A stretch of 64,000 bases of DNA from Verrucomicrobiaceae bacterium (GTDB lineage Bacteria > Verrucomicrobiota > Verrucomicrobiia > Verrucomicrobiales > Akkermansiaceae), in assembly GCA_051252135.1 (NCBI GenBank), contig JBPOGH010000003.1, positions 32,001-96,000 of the forward strand, written 5' to 3'. Numbering within the stretch: the first letter of the stretch is position 1; each line of letters begins with the position of its first letter. A program made the translations under genes and the position numbers. Positions 28,293 through 38,977 of the stretch are shown here, one piece after another. The notes below the pieces were generated by a model. That model was not told the DNA's origin. It made no database searches and saw nothing but the letters and a program-made list of their open reading frames with translations.

Positions 28293-29831
28293 TTAAAATT
28301 GAAACGCCACCGCCTCCCGATCATTCCGGACCAAAAGGATCCGCCCCGCCAATGCCGGATGATTCCACGTCCGCTGATCCAGGGCCTCGAATTCCAGCAC
28401 CACCTTCTCGCCCTCCGGGCTCAACTCAAGAATCGAAACCTCACCCTGCTCACCTTGGATGATCACATGCCCCCCCACCCCCAGCAGTTGCCCGTGCCCG
28501 AAATTACTCCCCCGCCATTGCGCACTCCCATCCTCAAGATCCAGACAAACCAACCGCCCGTCATTCAAGCCATAGAGATAATCACCCCTCACCACCATGT
28601 CCGCAAATTTCGCTTTCAGCTTCCGGCTGTGCCACAACTCCTTCGCCTCGTATCCATCACCCGCCTTGCTGATCTCAATCCGATGGGTTCCGTAGCCATA
28701 CCCGCTGCTCGTAATCACCGTGTCCCCGACAATCAGGGGTGACGCACAATTCCCCTGCGGATTCCCAATCGGAAACGACCATAAAATCTCCCCGCTCGCC
28801 ACCTCGTAGCCATCCACCGACTTCTGCTGAAACATCACAATCTGCCGCTTCCCCGCCAACTCCGCCACCACCGGCGAGGCATACGATGAACTGTAATCTC
28901 CCGCCCGCCACACCAAGTCACCTGTGGAAACAGCGAAAGCCGCCAGATTCTTCTCCGCCTCTTTCCCCAGCGTCACAATCACCATCCCGTCCACCACCAG
29001 CGGGCTACAGCTCTTTGCCCACGTCGGCACCGTCTGAGCAAACTCAGCCAGGACATTCTTCCCCCAAATCACCTCACCCGTCCGCGCATCAAGACAATTC
29101 AAAATCCCCGTCGCCCCCAGCGAAAACACCTTCCCCTCACTCACCGTCGGAGTCGATCGCGGCCCGTCGTCACCCATCGATTCCTCAAAGCGCACATCCT
29201 CCTCGTGCACCCACACCGCATTCCCCGTCATCAACTCATAACAAATCGTCGTCTCCACCGCGCCCCGCTGCTCCATCGTGTAGGCATAACCGCCCGCCAC
29301 CGAAAACGCCGACCACCCCTCACCAATCTTCTTTCGCCAAAGCTCCTTCGGCTTCGAACCATACCACCCCCCGGGCAACAAATCCCCCGGCACCCAATTC
29401 CTCATCTCCGCTCCCAGAAGTCGCGGAAAATTCTCCTGCCCCTCCGTCTCGATCACCGTCCCCTCGTCCGCCACTGTTCCCGTCAACTCGGGAATCTCCG
29501 TCGCCGACTCCTTCGACCACCGCCAGGAAAACTGGGGGAAAAAACTCCCCGTATGACCATCCATTTTCACCAGGCCAAGCAGCACCGCCGCCACCGCGGC
29601 CCCCATCAGACGCACCTTCCACCGGAGCCGACTCAGCAAAAGCAGCCAAATCAGAAAAACCCCCACCATCAAAATCACCAACAACAAATCAATCGCTCCA
29701 CCCGCTCCCCTCTCCTCCAAACTCGGAACCTTCTTCAACACCACCCACCCCAGAACCAGGATCACCTGTACCCACACCAGCAACTTCCATCGTGGCCGCT
29801 TTCTAACAGTCAATTGGGCTCTTTCACTCAT
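28293..29831 (-). CDS. Membrane-anchored PQQ-like (BamB-like) beta-propeller protein
   Basis: Three N-terminal TM segments; GPRSTPTV..GKV.SLGATG.L.CLDA.TGE..W and SYASPV repeats. Confidence 0.88.
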   Translation of the reverse strand: MSERAQLTVRKRPRWKLLVWVQVILVLGWVVLKKVPSLEERGAGGAIDLLLVILMVGVFLIWLLLLSRLRWKVRLMGAAVAAVLLGLVKMDGHTGSFFPQFSWRWSKESATEIPELTGTVADEGTVIETEGQENFPRLLGAEMRNWVPGDLLPGGWYGSKPKELWRKKIGEGWSAFSVAGGYAYTMEQRGAVETTICYELMTGNAVWVHEEDVRFEESMGDDGPRSTPTVSEGKVFSLGATGILNCLDARTGEVIWGKNVLAEFAQTVPTWAKSCSPLVVDGMVIVTLGKEAEKNLAAFAVSTGDLVWRAGDYSSSYASPVVAELAGKRQIVMFQQKSVDGYEVASGEILWSFPIGNPQGNCASPLIVGDTVITSSGYGYGTHRIEISKAGDGYEAKELWHSRKLKAKFADMVVRGDYLYGLNDGRLVCLDLEDGSAQWRGSNFGHGQLLGVGGHVIIQGEQGEVSILELSPEGEKVVLEFEALDQRTWNHPALAGRILLVRNDREAVAFQF

Positions 29832-29944
29832 ACCACACCCTAGAAGCCCGCCGTCCCCGGCTCAAGCCCGGGAACGACAACTTCGCTTCGGATCTCCCGC
29901 GGAACCTCAATCTTTCCCGCTCGCGGCATCACTTCCCGCCCCCC

Positions 29945-32900
29945 TCACTCCGCCTTTGGCATCGACCTGATATGAATATCCGTCTGCGGGAAGGCGATCT
30001 CGATTTCCGCCTCACGGAAGGCCTCATCAATCAGGAAATGCAACTCGCTCTGCGAGGAAATCAGAACCTCCACATTGGGCACATACCCCCTGAGCTGGAA
30101 ATCCAGAGAGCTCGCCCCAAAGGCCGTGAAAAGAACCTGGGGACTCGGGTCCATCAACACCTGGGGGTGATTCTTCGCAATCTCAAAAAGGATACTCTTC
30201 GCCTTTTCAGTATCGGACCCGTAGGCGATCCCGACATTAACCTCGAACCGTAAAATACTGTCCTTAAGAGTCCAGTTCACGAGCTGCCCGGTGATGAACT
30301 CCTTGTTCGGCACCACCAGCTCGCGGTTGTCGAATTGCTGGATCGTGGTCGCCCGAATCTTGATCTGTGTCACCTTGCCGGAAACATCACCCACCGTGAC
30401 GACATCGCCCAAACGAATCGGCCGTTCAAAGAGCAAAATAATTCCCGCCACAAAATTCGCAAAAATCTCCTGCAACCCAAATCCAATCCCCAGGGTAATG
30501 GCGGCCGCGAGCCATTGCACACTCGACCAGGTGATTCCTATCTTATCCAACGCCACCACCAGCCCGATCACCACAATGAGATAGCGCAGCACCGTCGTGA
30601 TCGCATAATTCCCCCCGGGTTCCAGCTTGAGACGGTTCAAAAGACCGAGCTCCAACAACCCGGGAATGTTCCGGGCCGCGATGTAGGTCAGGAACAGAAT
30701 CACCAGCGATCCCAAAAGATCCTGCAGGCTCACCCGATCATCGGCAGGCATCGCGGTTTCCTTCGTCTTATCCGCTTCCTTCGGCTCTTCCTCACTCTTC
30801 TTCCCCGTGAGTGTCTCGGTGAGTTCAGCTCCCGCCGCAGGCGCCTTCTCCACCGACTCACCGCTCCCCTCCCAGATCGTGACACTGTCGAGAATCGAGA
30901 GCGCAGGAGTCGAAGCCGACCAAATATTCCACAATCCCAAAGCCACAAAGACCGCAATCCCCACCCGCACCAACCGCGTCGTCTGCTCTTCCACCACCAC
31001 CACATCCACCGCGCTGCGCTCCAGTTCCTCGATCGAGGGAAGCTCCTTCACCGCGCCCTCACCTCCCTTGCTCTTCTTTTTCGCAGCACGCGATGCTTCG
31101 TATTTCGCAATCACCTGCTGGCGCCTCAACTTCCGCTTGGAAATGAGAATCCAACGGATGAAACACTTGCTCACGAAAAGGCTCGTCAGAATCATCCAGA
31201 TGGAAACCAGCGTCTGCATCCGCACCGTTTTGACCGAACTGATGTATCCCAGACTCGTCCCGATGATAAACGCCAACGGAATCCCCACCCCGATCAGATA
31301 GGCCGCTTTCGGAATGAAGGACGACTTCCCTTTTTGGGCAATCAACCCGTGGCTCGGCTTCAGCAAAACGTGGGCAAAGATCAGCGCCACAATCAACAGG
31401 GCAATGAATGTCAGCCTCCCCGCCTGGGGATACTGGGGTGTCGCCGGAAGCGCCGACGTCAGGATAATCAAGGCAGGCATCGCACAAAAGAACCACCGCA
31501 AATGGCGCAACAAGTGGGCTGCCCGCTTCTTATCGATCCCAAAATGCGCAGTCAGCAATCCACGCGGACGGGCGATCGTCTTAAAGGCACCCACCATCCC
31601 CAGAAAAAACGCGCAATCTTGCAGCCCTCCTTTGATTCCAAGGGGCGACTCAATCCGATAACTCAAAAACCCCACCAAAAGCGGGAACGGAAGAACCAGA
31701 AAAAAGGTAAACCAAAGCGCCTTCGTCGTCGGAAGAATACTGATACAGTTCCGCTTTTCCGCTTCCAACCCCGCCGCCTCCAGTGCCTTCTTGTAGGACC
31801 TCCGCCGCAAGAGCAACACGAGGAAAAACCCCGCCACAAGCACATACCACAGCGGGTAACTCCGGGCATCCTCGACAAGTTTGTCCCACCAAAGACCGAC
31901 CCCTTTCGACGAAAAAAGCGTCTGGTAGGCGCTCAGCTCAACCGACACATCACTCGCCTTAAGAACCGGCGCACTCGCAATCCATAAAAGCCTCTTATCG
32001 AGATAGAAGCTGTAGGTCTCGACCTCCTTGAGAGCCTTTCTCGTCGCTTCATTCGCAGAATCAAGAGCCCTGATGTAGTCGGTGTAATCCTGAATGACCG
32101 ACTTCATCAGCGCTTCGTTCTGCTCCAGCAGATTCACCACCGCCTCCTTTGAAATTTTCTTTCTCTCCTCAGCCTCCTCCACATCCGACTCCACTTCCGC
32201 AATTGCCTGCGCCATCACTTTCTCCACCCGGGCACTTCGGTCCGGTGGGAGCAGGGATAGCTCATCCTTCGCCTCCAAAAGCAGTATCCGGGCATTGGTT
32301 GAATCCCGAATCCTCGATTGAAGACTCCTCGTAAGGGAGCGGGTCGTCGGAAGCTTCGATCGCTGCAGCCGCAAGAGACTCCCCGTCTTCGTATCGATCT
32401 TAAGCCCGGCGGACTCCAGCAGTTCAATGCGCTTCTGTGCACTGAGCCGCTGCTCCAGCGTCTGGACTCGCTGGCCTTCCACCTTCTTTTCGTAATTCTT
32501 CACCCCCACGATCTTCTCGCGCAGCTCCTTGCTCAAATCAGCGTGGCGGGTGTTCTCTTGGGCCAACTCATTCAAAACAGGCACATCCTGAAAACGCTCA
32601 ACTTGCTTTTCCGAATCCACCTTCGCAGCCGTCGCCGCATCAATCTTCATCTGCTCAAGCCGGGCGGAACTCTCCTCGGCATCCTTTTCCAGTTGGGCCA
32701 GTTCACGCATCGTGAGCTGCTTGCGCACCCCCGCCAGTTCTTGCGTTGCCGTGAGAAATTGCTGCTCGGCCTGGATTGTGGCGATCCGTTTCTCAATTGC
32801 CTGACGCTTGGCCGCCAAGTGCGCGCGCTGCGCTTTCTCCGCCAAGGTCGTCGCCGGATAATCGGGGACCGCCATCGTCGCAAGCTCCGCCTGAAGCTTG

Positions 32901-33367
32901 GCCAGTTCATTCGCAAGCTCCGCCTTTTGCTGAATCTCCGCCTCCGCCTTGCTCCCATAGCCCGCCATCTGGGATCCAAGCTCGGCAATGCGGGCCGCCT
33001 GGTTGCGCACCTTCGCCTCCAGCCCGGTCAGGTCCAACGACTCATCCGCTCCCGATTGTTCTTTGGGCACCTCCTCAAGCTTCGACTGCAAGCTCTTGAG
33101 AATCTGGGGCACCGCCGCAATCTCACTTTCCAGCTGAACCCGTCTTTTATTCGATTCCTGAGCCTGCTCGACAAACTCCCGCGTCTCCTTCCATAGCGCA
33201 AGCAAGCTGTCCCGCTCCGCATCGGCGAGCCCCTTTTTCTTCACCTCTTCAATTCGTAAATCTATTTCACCCGGGCTGATCGCCTGGTCGGGCGCCGCAG
33301 ACAACGGACCCGCTATCAAAGCCAAAAGAGCGAGAAGAATTCGGATAGTTCGGTTCGGAAAGGTCAT
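29945..33367 (-). CDS. Large MscS-family mechanosensitive channel (MscK-like)
   Basis: Signal peptide, long coiled coil and multiple TMs. QWLAAAITLGIGFGLQEIFANFVAGIILLFERPIRLGD, VPNKEFIT, IAFPQ.DIH. Confidence 0.92.
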   Translation of the reverse strand: MTFPNRTIRILLALLALIAGPLSAAPDQAISPGEIDLRIEEVKKKGLADAERDSLLALWKETREFVEQAQESNKRRVQLESEIAAVPQILKSLQSKLEEVPKEQSGADESLDLTGLEAKVRNQAARIAELGSQMAGYGSKAEAEIQQKAELANELAKLQAELATMAVPDYPATTLAEKAQRAHLAAKRQAIEKRIATIQAEQQFLTATQELAGVRKQLTMRELAQLEKDAEESSARLEQMKIDAATAAKVDSEKQVERFQDVPVLNELAQENTRHADLSKELREKIVGVKNYEKKVEGQRVQTLEQRLSAQKRIELLESAGLKIDTKTGSLLRLQRSKLPTTRSLTRSLQSRIRDSTNARILLLEAKDELSLLPPDRSARVEKVMAQAIAEVESDVEEAEERKKISKEAVVNLLEQNEALMKSVIQDYTDYIRALDSANEATRKALKEVETYSFYLDKRLLWIASAPVLKASDVSVELSAYQTLFSSKGVGLWWDKLVEDARSYPLWYVLVAGFFLVLLLRRRSYKKALEAAGLEAEKRNCISILPTTKALWFTFFLVLPFPLLVGFLSYRIESPLGIKGGLQDCAFFLGMVGAFKTIARPRGLLTAHFGIDKKRAAHLLRHLRWFFCAMPALIILTSALPATPQYPQAGRLTFIALLIVALIFAHVLLKPSHGLIAQKGKSSFIPKAAYLIGVGIPLAFIIGTSLGYISSVKTVRMQTLVSIWMILTSLFVSKCFIRWILISKRKLRRQQVIAKYEASRAAKKKSKGGEGAVKELPSIEELERSAVDVVVVEEQTTRLVRVGIAVFVALGLWNIWSASTPALSILDSVTIWEGSGESVEKAPAAGAELTETLTGKKSEEEPKEADKTKETAMPADDRVSLQDLLGSLVILFLTYIAARNIPGLLELGLLNRLKLEPGGNYAITTVLRYLIVVIGLVVALDKIGITWSSVQWLAAAITLGIGFGLQEIFANFVAGIILLFERPIRLGDVVTVGDVSGKVTQIKIRATTIQQFDNRELVVPNKEFITGQLVNWTLKDSILRFEVNVGIAYGSDTEKAKSILFEIAKNHPQVLMDPSPQVLFTAFGASSLDFQLRGYVPNVEVLISSQSELHFLIDEAFREAEIEIAFPQTDIHIRSMPKAE

Positions 33368-33572
33368 CGGAAAGGAAAGCAAAAAGATCACCGAAGCGGA
33401 TGATCCACACCCCGGATATTCACCGCGATTCCCGATTTTGTCACCTGATAGATCCGAAAGCCTCCCCTCATCCTCCGGACCGGTCGATCCTGTCGGACTC
33501 CAATTCCTCGCGGGATTCTCAAAAAAACATGTCAGACATCGCCATTCCATCCGTATCCTTCTCCCACACTCT

Positions 33573-35135
33573 ATGAAGCGACTTCTAGCTCTGGCACTTC
33601 TGGCCTCACCACTCCACGCCGCCCACCCCGGCGAAACCATCTATCAAACCCTCTGCATCGCCTGCCACGGCCCTGACGGAAAAGGCGTTGGCGAAGCCGA
33701 AAACAAATTCCCGCCCCTCTACAAGAGCGATTGGGTCCGGGGCGACGCCCGCCGCACCATCCAGGTCGTCCTCCACGGACTCGCCGGAGAAATCACCGTA
33801 AATGACAAAAGCTATAACCTCGTCATGCCTCCCCACGGCGGCTCCATGACCGATCAGCAAATCGCCGATGTCGTCACCTACGTGCGCTCCAACTTTGGAA
33901 ACAAGGGATCTGCCGTAAACGTCGCCATGGTTAAGGAGCAGCGGGACCAAAAGGACAATCCCGAGCTCCCCAACATGTGGAACCCCAAAAAACTCCTCAA
34001 AAAATACCCCCTCCGCGGCGCCTCCAAAAAGCCCCCCATCAACGACCTCCTCTCCTACATCCACCACGGCGACTTCAAAACCCTCGCCGCCCTCCGCGCA
34101 TCCGAGGCCAAGAATGCCGAGGAGGAAAAAGCCGGACTCATCTCCCTCAAGCACGCCGATCGCAACGAAAAATTCGGCCTCGTCTGGACCGGCTGGCTCG
34201 ATGTCCCGCGCGACGGAACCTACCAGTTCACCTACGATACCGATGACGGAGGAGCCATCTCCATCAACGACAAGGAAATCATCACCCGCGACCGCATCGG
34301 ACCCGCAGGACAACCCACCACCAAAAAGGTGAAGCTCAAGAAAGGCCGTGCCGAAATCAAAATCGAATACTTCGAATACACCGGCCAGGAATCCATCTCC
34401 CTCATGTGGAACGGACCCGGCATCAAGAACGTCGCCCTCTCCGAAGGCGCGACCAAACAAAAATCCGGCAACCCCGTCATCATGCTCAAGGCACCCGCTG
34501 GAGAAGCCACCATCTACCGGAACTTCATCGAAGGCACCGACCCACGCGGCATCGGCGTCGGCTACTCCGAAGGCGTCAACCTCGCCTTCAGCGGTGACTC
34601 CATGAGCCTCGACATGATCTGGACCGGAGACTTCATCGACGCCGGCCGTCACTGGACCGCCCGCGGCCAAGGCTTCCAGGGCCCTGCCGGAGACGATGTC
34701 GTCACCGTCAACCGTGGCCTCGCCTTCGCCCTCCTCGAGAGCCAAACCGAAGCCTGGCCCTCCGCGGCCAATGACAAGCTCAAGCCCACCTTCAAAGGCT
34801 ACCAGCTCAACAAAGCCCGCCAACCCGGCTTTGCCTACCTCTTCGGCGGCATCCAGATCACCGACCAACCCATCCCCACCTCGTCCACCCAACTCACCCG
34901 CACCATCACCTTGGAAATCCCGGAATCCGCAAAGAGCGATGACACCCTCTACTTCCGCGCCCTGAGCGGAGGAGCCGTCACTCCCACCGGCGAGCGCGAG
35001 TTCACCTTCGAGAACCTCACCGTCTCGGTCCCCAAATCCGAACACCCGCCCTTTGCGCGCCAGAACGAACTCCTAATCCCCATCCCCCTCACCGCCGGGA
35101 CCCACACCATCCAACTCACCTACACCTGGAACTAA
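33573..35135 (+). CDS. c-type cytochrome fused to a PA14 domain
   Basis: CIACHG heme motif with distal Met (VMPP). PA14 motifs FGLVWTGWLDVP..GTY.F...DDG and IEYFEYTG. Confidence 0.88.
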   Translation: MKRLLALALLASPLHAAHPGETIYQTLCIACHGPDGKGVGEAENKFPPLYKSDWVRGDARRTIQVVLHGLAGEITVNDKSYNLVMPPHGGSMTDQQIADVVTYVRSNFGNKGSAVNVAMVKEQRDQKDNPELPNMWNPKKLLKKYPLRGASKKPPINDLLSYIHHGDFKTLAALRASEAKNAEEEKAGLISLKHADRNEKFGLVWTGWLDVPRDGTYQFTYDTDDGGAISINDKEIITRDRIGPAGQPTTKKVKLKKGRAEIKIEYFEYTGQESISLMWNGPGIKNVALSEGATKQKSGNPVIMLKAPAGEATIYRNFIEGTDPRGIGVGYSEGVNLAFSGDSMSLDMIWTGDFIDAGRHWTARGQGFQGPAGDDVVTVNRGLAFALLESQTEAWPSAANDKLKPTFKGYQLNKARQPGFAYLFGGIQITDQPIPTSSTQLTRTITLEIPESAKSDDTLYFRALSGGAVTPTGEREFTFENLTVSVPKSEHPPFARQNELLIPIPLTAGTHTIQLTYTWN

Positions 35136-35156
35136 CCACTCCCAATCTCTCATCAG

Positions 35157-36611
35157 ATGAAATCATTTCTCACTCTCTCCCTCCTCGCCACCACCGTCGC
35201 CCTCGCCGACGAACGACAGGCCGAGTTCTACCTCCGCGAAGAAATTCCCATGCCTGAGGGCGAAGTCCTCGAGCTCGGATCCATCGCCATCATGCCCGAT
35301 AAAAAAGTCGCCGTCAGCTCACGCCGCGGTGACATCTGGGTTTGCGAAGGCGCTTATGAAGCTGACCTCTCCAAGGTCAAATGGACCCTCTACGCCCGCG
35401 GTCTCCACGAACCCCTCGGCATGTTCTACAAGGATGGCTCACTCTACACCACCTCCCGCCCCGAGATCACCAAAATGACCGACACCGATGGCGACGGTCG
35501 CGCGGACATCTTCGAAACCGTCACCCAATTCTGGGGCATCGATGGCAACTACCACGAATACAACTTCGGCTCCGATCCCGATAAAGACGGAAACGTCTGG
35601 GTTGTCCAGTGCCTCACCGGATCCGGCGGCGCCAGTGACAAATCCCCCTGGCGCGGTTGGTGCTTCCGCTACAGCCTCGATGGCGAAAGCAAAGCCATCC
35701 CCACCTGCCCCGGCATCCGCTCACCCGGCGGCATCGGCTTCAATGAAGGTGGCGAAGCCTTCTACACCGATAACCAGGGCCTCTGGAATGGCTCCTCCTC
35801 CCTCAAGTGGCTCAAACCAGGAGGTTTCATGGGCAACCCCACCGGCAACAAGTACGCCCCCATCTTGGACCTCGAAGAACCACCCAACCCCACCTCCGGG
35901 TCCCGCATGGTCACCGAGCACGATAAGGACCCCCGCATCATCCCGCCCGCCATCGTCCTTCCCCACGGAAAAGTCGGCCAATCCCCCACCGCCGTCATCT
36001 ATGATCCCACCAAAGGAAAATTCGGACCCTTCCAGGGCCAGGTCCTCGTCGGTGAACAAACCCACTCACAAGTCCAGCGCGTCTACCTCGAAAAAGTAAA
36101 CGGCCTCTACCAGGGCGCCGTCTGGAAATTCCTCGAGGACTTCCGCTGCGGCATCATCCCCGCCCGCATGGGTGAGGACGCCACCCTCTTCGTCGGAGGA
36201 TCCAACCGCGGCTGGGCCGCCCGGGGCGGAAAAAACTTCACCTTCGAGCGCGTCCGCTGGACCGGAAAAACCCCCTTCGAAATGCACGAGATGCACGCCA
36301 AAAAAGACGGCTTCATCATCTCCTTCACCGAGCCCGTCGACAAAAAAACCGCGACCGATCCCTCCTCCTACAAGGCCGCCGCCTGGACCTACATCTACCA
36401 GTCGGGCTACGGCAGCCCCGAGGTCGACCAAGCCACCCCCGTCGTCGAAAAGGCCACCCTTTCCCCCGATGGAAAATCCGTCCACCTCCGGGTCTCCGGA
36501 CGCGTCCGCGGCCACGTCCACCACTTCAATCTCGAAGCCGTTCAATCCGCCTCCGGCAAACGCCTCTGGCACCCCGACGTCTACTACACTCTCAACGAAA
36601 TCCCCAAGTAG
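35157..36611 (+). CDS. Secreted beta-propeller protein (sorbosone-dehydrogenase-like, PVC type)
   Basis: GLHEPLG, DTDGDGRAD.FE, GIRSPGG.GF, YTDNQG.W. Confidence 0.75.
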   Translation: MKSFLTLSLLATTVALADERQAEFYLREEIPMPEGEVLELGSIAIMPDKKVAVSSRRGDIWVCEGAYEADLSKVKWTLYARGLHEPLGMFYKDGSLYTTSRPEITKMTDTDGDGRADIFETVTQFWGIDGNYHEYNFGSDPDKDGNVWVVQCLTGSGGASDKSPWRGWCFRYSLDGESKAIPTCPGIRSPGGIGFNEGGEAFYTDNQGLWNGSSSLKWLKPGGFMGNPTGNKYAPILDLEEPPNPTSGSRMVTEHDKDPRIIPPAIVLPHGKVGQSPTAVIYDPTKGKFGPFQGQVLVGEQTHSQVQRVYLEKVNGLYQGAVWKFLEDFRCGIIPARMGEDATLFVGGSNRGWAARGGKNFTFERVRWTGKTPFEMHEMHAKKDGFIISFTEPVDKKTATDPSSYKAAAWTYIYQSGYGSPEVDQATPVVEKATLSPDGKSVHLRVSGRVRGHVHHFNLEAVQSASGKRLWHPDVYYTLNEIPK

Positions 36612-36632
36612 CGGGACTTCCTCATTCTCCCC

Positions 36633-36662
36633 AGCCACGTCCCACCCGGGACGTGGCTTTTT
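36633..36662 (+). terminator. Intrinsic terminator
   Basis: AGCCACGTCCC-ACCC-GGGACGTGGCT followed by a T-run. Confidence 0.8.
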
Positions 36663-38287
36663 TACGGCTTCCCCTTCTCGTAAATCTCCCGAATTTCACC
36701 CTCCGTAAACGCTCGCTTCGCAATCAAAAACTCCCCCATCGCCCCCTCGATATTCCTCACCTCAAACTCCGTCCCCTCCGCCCAATCGCGATACGGCCAA
36801 TTCCCCAAATCAGCCACCCCAAACCCCACCGGACCCGCCACCGTAATCTCATTCTCCCACACCAGCTTCCCGTTTGCATAATGCCGCACCCGTGCCGCGG
36901 GGGAATCATACACCACCGCCAGATGCACCCACTTGCCCGCCTGAAAAAGTGGCCCCAGATTCTCATTCGCGTGATACCGGTGACGCACGGACTCAGCCTC
37001 CCGGGTAGTCGTTTCCACAAAATGCGAATACACCGGCACCTTCCCCAATTCAGGCCCCTCCACCGCCGGTGAAATCACACTCCAGATCGTCGACCTCTCC
37101 TGCTCCCTCTCCGAGTGTAAGAGTGACGTATACCTCTCCCCCACCGCATCCTTCCGGATCCATGTCGAAAGCGTCACCGCCGCGTAAGACCCGGGAATCT
37201 GGAGCCGCACCCGGTTCGAGGAATTCTCAAATCCCAACGCCCGCTTCCCCGGCCATCTCCCCTCCGTGCTGAAACACCCCACCACCGCTCCATCCGTGTC
37301 GGGAGGACCCGCCACCGCCTCATTCGGAATATCTCGACGCCACTCCGATGAATTCCCAAAACCATAAAACAAAATCACATCCGGATCATTGATCAACTTC
37401 GTCCTCAAATCCTCCCATCCCTTCAACCGCAGCCGCGCCTTCTCATCAAGAATCCAGGGCCTCAAAAAATCGCCATCCCGGAGAGGAACCTCACTCGAAG
37501 CCCCCCCGGCAAATCGCAACGCCGTCTGCTCCTCCACCACCTGCTCCCTACCGGCCTCATCACCCACCGTCACCTTCGATCCAAACACATGAATCTCACC
37601 CTCATCATCCGCTCCCACTTGCAACGCATATTCCACACCTGAATTCGACGCCACAAACTGCGGCGTGTGCATCCTGAAATTACTCGCCGCAGACGGCACC
37701 TTCGCCGTCGCTCTTCCAAAATGCAAAAACCCCGAGTCCGCCCCAATCACCTCAAACCTCGCCGGCCCCTCCACCAGAACCGTCGCCCCCGTATAAAAAT
37801 CAACCTGCAACCTCCCGCCCTCAATCTCAAGCACCCCCGGCCTCAACAGACTTCGCCCGTCCCGCTGCACCACCTCCAGCGGAATTCCCTCCATCCAGCT
37901 CACCCCGTCCCTCCTGCTCAACACCGCCACCGCCGATTGCTCAAAAACCTTCTCCCCCCCCTCCGCTACCGGTGAATCCTCTTCCTTCTTCCCTCCTCCG
38001 CCACCCCACCACCACACCGCCATCACCCCCATAAATATCATCCCCCCAATCAACAACAGCACCCTTCCACCCCCACCTTCCTTTCCCCCGCCCCCCTCGA
38101 TCGGTAGCCCCAGCGCCTCCTTCAGATGCGCCTCCACATAAAGCTGCTGCGCCACCCGCCGCCTCTCCTTCGGATGATTCCGGATAATATCCCGCAAGGC
38201 CGCCTGCCCCGCCTCATCCAAATCATCCTCCCGCAACCGCTGCACCAGCCGGTCCACATCACTCTTCCGGTAATTCTCCTGAATCAC
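36662..38287 (-). CDS. FecR-like anti-sigma factor with C-terminal LamG domain
   Basis: N-terminal anti-sigma helices, one TM, GATVLVEGPARFE FecR-type region, GRWPGK.AL.F, WVHLAVVYD. Overlaps the sigma stop by 4 bp. Confidence 0.85.
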   Translation of the reverse strand: MIQENYRKSDVDRLVQRLREDDLDEAGQAALRDIIRNHPKERRRVAQQLYVEAHLKEALGLPIEGGGGKEGGGGRVLLLIGGMIFMGVMAVWWWGGGGGKKEEDSPVAEGGEKVFEQSAVAVLSRRDGVSWMEGIPLEVVQRDGRSLLRPGVLEIEGGRLQVDFYTGATVLVEGPARFEVIGADSGFLHFGRATAKVPSAASNFRMHTPQFVASNSGVEYALQVGADDEGEIHVFGSKVTVGDEAGREQVVEEQTALRFAGGASSEVPLRDGDFLRPWILDEKARLRLKGWEDLRTKLINDPDVILFYGFGNSSEWRRDIPNEAVAGPPDTDGAVVGCFSTEGRWPGKRALGFENSSNRVRLQIPGSYAAVTLSTWIRKDAVGERYTSLLHSEREQERSTIWSVISPAVEGPELGKVPVYSHFVETTTREAESVRHRYHANENLGPLFQAGKWVHLAVVYDSPAARVRHYANGKLVWENEITVAGPVGFGVADLGNWPYRDWAEGTEFEVRNIEGAMGEFLIAKRAFTEGEIREIYEKGKP

Positions 38288-38817
38288 CGCACATCCTCCT
38301 GCCCACGTCCCAAACTCTTCTCAATGCAATCCACCAACATCCCGTGCGCCTTTTCTAACAACAAATAAACCGCCCGCACACTCTTTCCCTGCTTCTCCGC
38401 AATCTCCTTCACCTTCTGATCCTTGTGATAACGCGACTTCAAGGTCTTCAGGCACTTCTTCGGCAACTTTCCCAAACACACCTGCAACCCGTCCCGCATG
38501 TCATCAAACTCACAACTCACCGAGATCGCCTCATCCGCCAGCCGAATCAAATCATCATCATCCAGACTCAAGGGCAGCCGCGCCTGCTTCCGCCGCCAAT
38601 TCAACACACAGAATCGCCCCACACTCATCGCCCACACCGCAAAATCCGTCCCCTCCTCAAAAATCTCAAACTTCCGCCAAAGAATCGTCGAGACCTCCTG
38701 CAACAAATCCTCCGCCGCCTGGTGATTCTGCACCAAAGAATAAACAAAGCCGTAAATCCGATGACGATTCGCCATCAGCAGGCTCGAAAACAATTCTCCT
38801 CGATCAGTCTCTCCCAT
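38284..38817 (-). CDS. ECF sigma-70 factor (Rhodopirellula/Verrucomicrobium type)
   Basis: AEDLLQEV..ILWRKF..FEEGTDFAVW, CLGKLP, region-4 HTH. Confidence 0.92.
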   Translation of the reverse strand: MGETDRGELFSSLLMANRHRIYGFVYSLVQNHQAAEDLLQEVSTILWRKFEIFEEGTDFAVWAMSVGRFCVLNWRRKQARLPLSLDDDDLIRLADEAISVSCEFDDMRDGLQVCLGKLPKKCLKTLKSRYHKDQKVKEIAEKQGKSVRAVYLLLEKAHGMLVDCIEKSLGRGQEDVR

Positions 38818-38977
38818 AAATCCTCTCCCCAAAAACCTATCATACACCTCCCGGACCAACCAAGCATTTCCACCCTCCCCTCAAACGTCTGCATTTTGCG
38901 CTCCACAAAGGCCATCCTGTATGACACTTCTATCAACGCCCGATCACACACTCGGGCCCTAACACAAACAAACTTCC

